64,000 bases of DNA from the NCBI RefSeq assembly GCF_009914755.1, contig NC_060926.1. One strand, written 5' to 3'. Shown in pieces: positions 56,068 through 64,000 of this stretch. The number at the start of each line of letters is the position of its first letter. Position 1 is the first letter of the stretch. Position numbers and translations under genes: made by a program. The DNA is from the human T2T-CHM13v2.0 reference genome, Homo sapiens. Below the pieces are notes generated by a model. The model did not search any database. It was given only the letters and a program-made list of their open reading frames with translations, and was not told where the DNA came from.

Positions 56068-58384
56068 AGATAAATTCATTTGACGCCTCTTAGTTCTTCA
56101 CTTTTAGGCATCCCCAAATCTGTACATCTTTCAATTCATTATTTCAATTCCTCAGACCTATGTTCTATGCCCTTGGGGCTTTATTTGGAGACAAGATCTG
56201 AAAAATAATTCAGACTAAAGTATTAACAGTTAATAATTTAATGTGTTTGTCCTTCTAGGGAGCCCTTTTGCATTTTAATTGAGGACTTTGACCCAGTTCA
56301 AAAACACCAAAAGCCATAGGAAATTTAACTACTGGGATGGCTGGTGAGGAGGATGTCTGCCCTTTAGCCTTCAAATATTACCAACATGAAGACTTGGTCC
56401 CTCCAAGTGTTCTTTGTAATGCAACAATATATTTGATTCCTTCCTAAATTTCGTCCAGTGGCTAAGTACTCCAAAATGTTTGGGTTGTGCAATACCATCA
56501 GTTGAAGATATTAAAAATGAATGAGTGAATGTCTAACTATATAGAAAAAGACTTTTAAAATATTTCAATTAAAATTCTGAGCAATTACAACTTACATGAC
56601 TTTAGCCAAATCACCTTACTTACTTAAACAATATAGGATTATTCTGAGCAATAAATTAGACATTTGTAGCAAACCCTAGCAAAATGGCAGAAAATTAGCA
56701 GGCACATAATAGGACGTATGAAATTGGAAGCAGAAACGTTCATTGCTCTGATGGATCCAGTACTACATATATTACTACTAATAATACAAATAACCAAAAA
56801 ATGTGTCATCAGGTGGGATAATTTTAATGGAAAAAAACACAATTAGTAATATGACAGCAGCCATTTTTAAGGTCTGCTCCTAAATTTATTTCTAGTTCTA
56901 CTAAGTTAAGATGAAAATCAAAGAATATGGGCATAGGTATGTTTGGAAGCATCACCAACCATTGTAATAGGCTTACCATAGGAAAATATTTCCTTAACAT
57001 TAGAATTCCTTCTTGGCATCTTCCCTCATGAGACTTGTTCTTTCCCTGAATTACTCATTTTAATTGAGAATTATAAAACCACACAGGGGGTATCATCATG
57101 CTGAGATCAAAATGACTGAAGTTTTCATAGACTTCTTTTTTTGTCTGGTAGGTTGATGATAGCATGCTCCAGCTTAATTTAATAGATAAAACAGTTCTGT
57201 TTCTTAACTACAGAAAAATAGATGAAATAGCATTTGCTTTTCATAGCCAAGGTCTAAATGATTTTATTTCTGATTTTCATTTTCCACTAAAATAGTCACA
57301 GAACTTTCATCAATAAAGTGAGCTATTTCTTAACATTTTTGTTAGAGTCTAATTTTTAAATTGCATCTATTAAATCAAGAAAAACACATTCCCACTCATA
57401 TTTCCTATGGATGTCTTCATATCCAAAAATTTTCCATGATCCCATTGCCAAATTATACTGTGAAAACCTCATCCTATAAACAGAACAGAAAGTCAATAAA
57501 ATGTGTAAAGAGAAAAGTTAATGGTCTAACAAGATCAGTTTACATCAAAATATTTAACTCTGACTCAGAATTAACACCTACTATACAGAATACAAACATA
57601 AACATTTATATCTTAAAACTAATCTCACACACAGCATGAGGTTGCCCAAAAATGAGATAGCAAATAAAACTTTAAAAAAAATTACTAGGTATTAAAATCT
57701 TGGAATTTCAGACATTTTGAAGAGTGATAAATAAGTAGCAGCTATAGAAATGATGTGGTTCATCCTTTTTATTCTTAAAGGTAAGGAACCTGCGGCCCAC
57801 GAGTCTAAGTATCTTGCCCCAGATCAAAAAGGGGTGAGTGTCAGAGCCAGAAGACCCCTGGTTCCCTGATTCTTGTTTGAAGCTTTTTGCAGTACATTGT
57901 GAAGCTACTTCAGATCTGGATTCTACTTGAGGACAGTATATGAAAGGACGTGTTGATGGAAAGTTGAAGTTAAAGGACAGTAGGCAGAAGCCTATCAGAA
58001 GGTAAGAAGGAGAAAACAAGCCAGCACAAAAATCCTTCTTCCCCATTCAATCACTGAACTTTTCTCAGACTCCTTTGATTCCTTTTTCCAGTCTTTGCAT
58101 TTGTACCTCTTTAAAAGCCTTCTCATGACTTTCGAAGAAGTCCCATTCATATTAATTTCCCATTTGTCAAATGGCCCAACTCCTTTAAAATCTTTTTCAA
58201 AATGTTATCTTTTATTGGAAACTTACTACAATAATACAAAAATACCTGACATTTATTGAATGGTCTGCCTGTGCTCCGAAGTGAAGACCACAGATTGATG
58301 GCCACCTATCACCATCACATAGCTACTCCTCCCTCACAAAGCCAGATATGCACTGTGACTGTATTCTTCCTGTGGCACTGACTG

Positions 58385-58565
58385 TTCTAAAGAGCGTGGA
58401 GTTTGAAGTTAGTCTAAGCTCAAGTCCTGGCTCCACATCTTAATAGTCATGCCTCATTGGGCATGACTATTGACTTTGTTTAGTTTCCATCTGTGAAATG
58501 GAAATAGTAATACTAAAGATTTCATTGATTAAGTTAACTCCTGTAAAGCATTTAGAATTGCCACT
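58385..58565 (+). mobile_element. MIR SINE
   Basis: ctcaagtcctggctccac...agtttccatctgtgaaatgg...tgtaaagcatttagaa. Confidence 0.75.
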
Positions 58566-58709
58566 GTTTAGTTTATCTATTATCATTAGTTTATATTTAG
58601 TTATTCAACTAAATTCCACATCTAGACAGAAAGCTCACTGAAAACAGGAACCATGTTTGACTTACTTTGGTATGTTTAGTTCCTAGCATAGTGTTTACTT
58701 AAAAGAGAT

Positions 58710-59130
58710 TGTGATTTGTAATGCAGTCTTTCTGGCATGCTTAACAAACATATTTCCTCTTCCTGGGCATACAGCTAAATTACAGTTCCTGGCCCTTTGC
58801 AGCAGGACGAAGCCACGTGACCAGTTCTCACCAATGAAATGTGAACTGAAATGTCACTTGTGACTTCTGGGCTACAGCAGTTAAGAATGAGTATGCTTTC
58901 TTCATGTTTGTTTCCTTTCTTTCCAACTTGCTGGTTGGATGTTAAATTCCATGTATTGGAAATGGTAGGGCCTCCATTAGCCTGGCTCTCCAAATAACTT
59001 TGGGCCCCCTCCACTCTTTGCAACCTGCACTGAACTATAAGATGAGAAAGGAGAAAACGCCTTTGATATGTTGAGCCACTTAAATTTTGCAATTGTTCAT
59101 TACAGCAATTAGCCTTCCCTGGTTAGTAAA
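58710..59130 (+). mobile_element. MaLR solo LTR (MLT1I/J-like)
   Basis: gccacgtgaccagttctcaccaatgaaatgtgaactgaaatg...tatgttgagccact...ttacagca. Confidence 0.8.
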
Positions 59131-59619
59131 GTCCCTGTGAGCCAGGTATACCATGTAAAAGAAGAAAAAGGTAAACAGCCATTGAGAAAGGGGTTCTTGT
59201 TGTCAGTCTTTCTGGCAGCACTTCTTCCAGAAATCGCTTTTTCTTCCCAGAATCACAGGTATAAAGTACGTTAAGCCTCTTAATATATTTTACGAGTGTC
59301 CACAGAAAATTTTGTTTGAGCAAAGGTTTTTAAGGTGAGTTTTAAAGCCATTGCATTATAGAATAAAATCTGTTCTTTTCTTTATAATCATAGCATATTT
59401 TAGACATTAAATCAATATTAAATAAACAATGCATCAAGCTATAAAGAAACCACAATTTTTCTGTCTGCCTTATTTGAACCTTAAAAAAGATAGACTTTAA
59501 TGTAAAAGATTTCATCCTAGTATTTTATTATGTAAAAGCACACAAGATTTCTCAGTTGACAACCTAATGACCTGGCATTCAAAGCTCCTCATCTTCTGCC
59601 CCACCTTATGTCAATCTTG

Positions 59620-59855
59620 AAGACAGTATGGTATCAAGATTAAGAAGTCAAAGTCCAGCACTCAGTTTCTCAGATCTGAATCCTAACCCTGCCACTAGAT
59701 CTTTGCATAATCCTGAGCAAGTTATATAGCCTCTCAAGCCTCAGTTTCCTCATCTGCAAAGATAGAAATGTTTAATAAAGTTTTTAAGGGCTTAAATGGA
59801 TTAAGGCATTGACTGTTCTTACAACAGTGTCTGACACAGTATGATCAGTAATGTT
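59620..59855 (+). mobile_element. MIR SINE
   Basis: gcaagttatatagcctctcaagcctcagtttcctcatctgcaaa core. Confidence 0.85.
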
Positions 59856-60939
59856 GTGATTACACAACATTCTCTAATCAAATTTTGCATTATAATTTAT
59901 GCTTGAGGGACTATGCTGGGTATATAGGAAACACAATTAAATATAATACATAATTTTTGCCCACAAGAACTCATCAGGTCAGGCAGAAAGTCTTAAACTG
60001 GGAAAACCTCCGTTTCAGTGGGTGCACGATATATGCTTAATTTAATTGAAATTTTAATAGGAAGGCTTATATTGTGTTTTAAATATAGCCTTTGAAAGCA
60101 AGCCTCATACCAAACCCCTTTACATAAAATGTTTATGAAGTTAGATTTTTTTAACTACATATTCAGCATTTTACCTGAAGGGAAAAAAGAACTTTTATCT
60201 TCAGATATTTAAAAATGTTTAGTATCAGAAGCAGCATTTCAGATAGCAAAAGTAAATATCAATTAGCCATATCCTAAATGTGAATCTTGCTAAAGCTTGT
60301 TAATCTTGCTAAGTGTACTTGTTAGATATGCAAACAAGAAATAAACTACATGGTATTTTTCTCCACAAACATTATTTTCAATAGTAAATTTTTAGAGCTC
60401 TATTCACTCTAAAATTAAATAAGCAAAAGAAGAGCTTTCCCCCATATTTTATTCCTTTAGAATATTTTAATAAAAGATTGACTTCTGTTGTGAACATTTT
60501 CATGTTTTTTAAATTCCAGTATCTTTCTCTTGATTTTACCTTACTACCTCTGGTTCTATCACCTTGAATCAGAACCTTCTTGTGCTGTTTTTTCAACCTT
60601 TCAAATGCTTGTAGACAATGATGAAGGTAGGGAGAAAGCCAGCAAACACAGTTCCAAGACCTCTTTGCCCCACCAGCACGCAACTCATTTAACAGTATAC
60701 AAATGATTTAACAGTAATCCCAGCTGAGTTCCCAGAGGAAATCATTTCCATTCCCACCACTGCTTGCAGATGGAGGTCATGTTTCCCTCTCTCCTTAGTC
60801 ACTGCTCAGCCAAACTATTCTATTTACATAATTCTCCCAGTAGTGTTAGGTAAACTTTTTGAAATCAGAGCAGTTTATAGAGTTGCACATCCGGAAACGG
60901 CTGTGGAACAGGACTGAGGAGATGCTGGGCCAGGGTATG

Positions 60940-61412
60940 GATGATTGTTTTGTATTTGCCCTGTCCTGGATATTCTCTATTTCCCTTACAGATTCTGCCT
61001 GTGTCCTTGGAGGCTGACTTGAAAAACATTATTCTCCTACTTTTTCTTGGGTTCAGTGAAACAGAATACCTGAGGGCAGAAAGGAATTGGAGTTGGGATA
61101 TTCATTCCCCGGCTCCTTCCCTCCTGTGCCTCAGGTTGACAATTATTATATGTACAACTACATCGTGTTTGAGAACTGTCTCATATCTACCGATATTCCC
61201 TTCAGATTCCAGTAACAGTTCCTTCTTCTTCCCTATTTAGGATTAGGTCACAAACATCTCTCCTACCATGGCAAGCCCTGAGGTGGTTCACCATGCCTTG
61301 TTAGTTTCCCTTACCCTTGCCCACTTCCTTGTAAAGCGTCCCTTCACTAAAGTATCTTCAATTGCCCGTTACGCATGTGTTCTCATTTTCTTGCTGGGAT
61401 CCTGGCTGATGT
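60940..61412 (+). mobile_element. ERVL solo LTR (LTR33-like)
   Basis: ggatattcattccccggctccttccctc, cccacttccttgtaaa...cccttcactaaa, ttcttgctgggatcctggctgat. Confidence 0.75.
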
Positions 61413-61614
61413 TGGCCTAAAAATGGATTATACTGAGAATATCAGATAGCCTGTGCCAGGTCAAAACTGGTGGGCACTCTAGATTATATCTAAATAACCA
61501 AAGAAGAATGGAGTTTTCTTTCTGAGTGCTGAATGATGCGTTTGCAATACTGGGAATCCATAAGTAAGTGCAAGTTTAAGACAAGACTGGTCCAAAAAAA
61601 AGCAATTAGAAGCC

Positions 61615-61656
61615 TGTATTAATCAAGGTTCTACAGGGCAGTAGAACCAATAGGAG

Positions 61657-61721
<65 letters not shown>

Positions 61722-61723
61722 CA

Positions 61724-61755
<32 letters not shown>

Positions 61756-62275
61756 TAAGAGGGGATTTATTGGGGAAACCGACTCACACAATTACGGAGG
61801 CTGAGAAGTCTCATTATAGGTCACCTAAAAGCTGAGAACCAGGGAGGCTGGTAGCATGACTTAGTCCAAGTCCAAAGGCCTCAGAACCAGGGAAGCTGAT
61901 GGTCTGACTCTCAGTCTAAAGCCAAGCGCCTGAGAACATGGGGTTTGGAGGGGTGGGGGAGGGGTGCAAGTCTCAGAGTTCAAAGGCTGAAGAACTCAGA
62001 GCTCTGATGTACAAGAGCAGTGGACAAAGGGCGTCCTAACTCTAGGAGAGGGAGAACAAATTCACATTTCCTTTGTTTTTTTGTTCTATCTGGGCCTTCA
62101 GTTGACTGGAAGGTGCCTGCCTATATTGAGGATGAATCTTCTCCACTCAGTCCACTGACTCTCATAACAATCTCCTTTAGAAACACCCTCACAGACATGC
62201 CCAGAAATCATGCTTTACCAGCCATCTATGTATCCCTTAATCCAGTCAAGTTGACACCCAAAAGTAACCATCACA
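61615..62275 (-). mobile_element. ERVL solo LTR (MLT2B-like)
   Basis: tgtattaatcaaggttct... to ...ccagtcaagttgacacccaaaagtaaccatcaca; 5-bp TSD aagcc/aagtc. Confidence 0.9.
61657..61755. repeat. (TA)n(GA)n compound microsatellite within the MLT2 LTR
   Basis: Direct reading. Confidence 0.95.
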
Positions 62276-62384
62276 AAGTCTATTAACTTCAAAGCTCCTC
62301 AAAGAACTTATCATTTCTTTTCAACATGGGTTGAGACTCTTAGACAGTCCCCTCAAATGCCAGCAAATACCTCCATTTGATAAG

Positions 62385-62530
62385 ACCAGCACGTGGAAAA
62401 TGGAAGTGATACTGGGCTGAGAGCTAGAAACCCTGGTTCCAGTACCAACTCTTTCACTAATAAGTTGTATGACCTTGGTTGGTCAAGTCACTTCATTTTG
62501 TGGACTTCGGCTTCTTTTTGTCTTCAATAG
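62385..62530 (+). mobile_element. MIR SINE
   Basis: ccctggttccagtaccaactctttcactaataagttgtatgaccttgg...caagtcactt. Confidence 0.7.
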
Positions 62531-62959
62531 GACAAAGCTGTGATTCATGGCTTTCCAATTCCTGCCACATTCAGTGTAGGCACAGTCCTTTCTCTTAACA
62601 GTAAAATATACTGGTGAAGTACCAGCCTGTTCATAGTGCAAAATTCTGAAGACCACCTTTTCATATAGCCCATAAACCGTTCTACATTGTCTTGAGTTAT
62701 AGTAAACAAGGGAAGAAGGGGCCTGCCCTGCAAAATGGTCACTGGTGTCTGCTCAGCTTATATAGGCAGTGACTGTGTTTTACCTCTGACCCTTCAAAAC
62801 TCTATGATGAGGTGGTGTTTGTGAACTGAGGGTCATGTGCGAATTGGGACTCTCCTGGCCTGGGAAAGGTGGACCAACACTAAAGTAGTATTATCTGATG
62901 CCTGCTTGGTGGATCAACCACCTCAGTAACTGATCTAATAGTTCCTTTCCTAATAAGCT

Positions 62960-63320
62960 AAGCCTTTTCACAACTCTGTGTTTTTCAATGTAGTATTCCC
63001 ACTGTCTAAAATGCCTATGTTCATGTTGGCAAATTCACCTCTACTTTTAAGCCCCATTCAAGTATCACTCCCTCTGTAAAACATCTTCCTGCACCCCCAC
63101 TTCCTTCTCTCGTCTCCTACAGCACTGCCTCCTCTGCTCCTCCCATTTCTGCTATCATCCTATCACATTACTTTGTCCTTATCCACTTACTTATAGCACC
63201 CTGCCACCAGTCCCAGTGGAACATGAGTTCTTCTGTCTCACCTGTAGTCCACAACACAGAGTCTAGCATAAAAATCTGTACCATAAATGTTAAACATACT
63301 AATTAATAAATGTAACAAAT
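62960..63320 (+). mobile_element. L2 3' fragment
   Basis: cattcaagtatcactccctctgtaaaacatcttcctg motif and L2-like tail. Confidence 0.6.
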
Positions 63321-63796
63321 GAAATCACCTTTCCAAAGATAGAACTGAAAAATGTACTTGCTTTGACTTTTTAAAAAATCAATGACTCTGCTTTAGAATG
63401 GATCCACCTTAAAAGGGGAGGTATGGCTTGCCTGGCCAGGAGCAACAACAGCAATAAAACAAGAAACTACAAATGATAAGATGACCTAAAATTCTCCGTG
63501 GCAGAAGACAACTGTAATTTTTTTAAAAAAAGCTTTTCTTGTGTGTAGACATAGAGCTGGGAATAAGAAAACTATAAGGGGAAAGAGATGAACTGCATTT
63601 AGGAAAATCCTATTTGGTGGTGGTGGTGGTGGAGATAGTGGTTGCTGTTTTTGTTCTCTCAAAGCCTTCCAAAAGTTGAAGAGAATGGACTGAGCTAGAG
63701 TGGAAATGAAGTCCGCAGACATCTGTCATTACCTCTGCAAATTTTTTACTAGACCTAGGGTATGCTGCTGCAACTATTCTAGTACAAAATACCCTC

Positions 63797-64000
63797 AAAT
63801 AAATAAATTTTTTTTGTGGACTTACATGTTCTTAGCTCTAGGAATAAAAACATTATTAAGACATCGCCACTGTCCTTGTCTTTGAGGAGCACATAGTCTA
63901 GCTTGGGAAACACACTCATAAATAACTTACTATAGTTCAAAGTGACAAGAACAGTTACAAGAACAGTATGAAGAATTAGAAACAGATGAAGAAATGATTA
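63797..64000 (-). mobile_element. L2 3' fragment (runs off window)
   Basis: gtccttgtctttgaggagcacatagtctagcttggg. Confidence 0.55.

Overview
Primate genomic DNA, most likely human, because it carries an AluYa5 with all five diagnostic bases. It is AT-rich with one CpG island at ~1.4-2.1 kb that looks like a promoter/first exon; I could not name the gene. The other ~62 kb is intronic/intergenic and dense with interspersed repeats: Alus, a near-full-length ancient L1M, two 5'-truncated L1PA copies, many L2/MIR fragments, a CR1/L3 relic, solo ERVL/MaLR LTRs, hAT/Tigger MITEs and microsatellites. No intact protein-coding gene, RNA gene or CRISPR array is supported, and I did not find a demonstrably new biological system. 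The best leads are a very young, possibly polymorphic AluYa5, overlapping sense/antisense ORFs in the CpG island, and a chain of strong + strand splice signals (including a recursive-splice-like AG|GTAAGG) suggesting a long spliced + strand transcript. Repeat subfamilies were assigned from remembered consensus sequences, and boundaries of old repeats are approximate.
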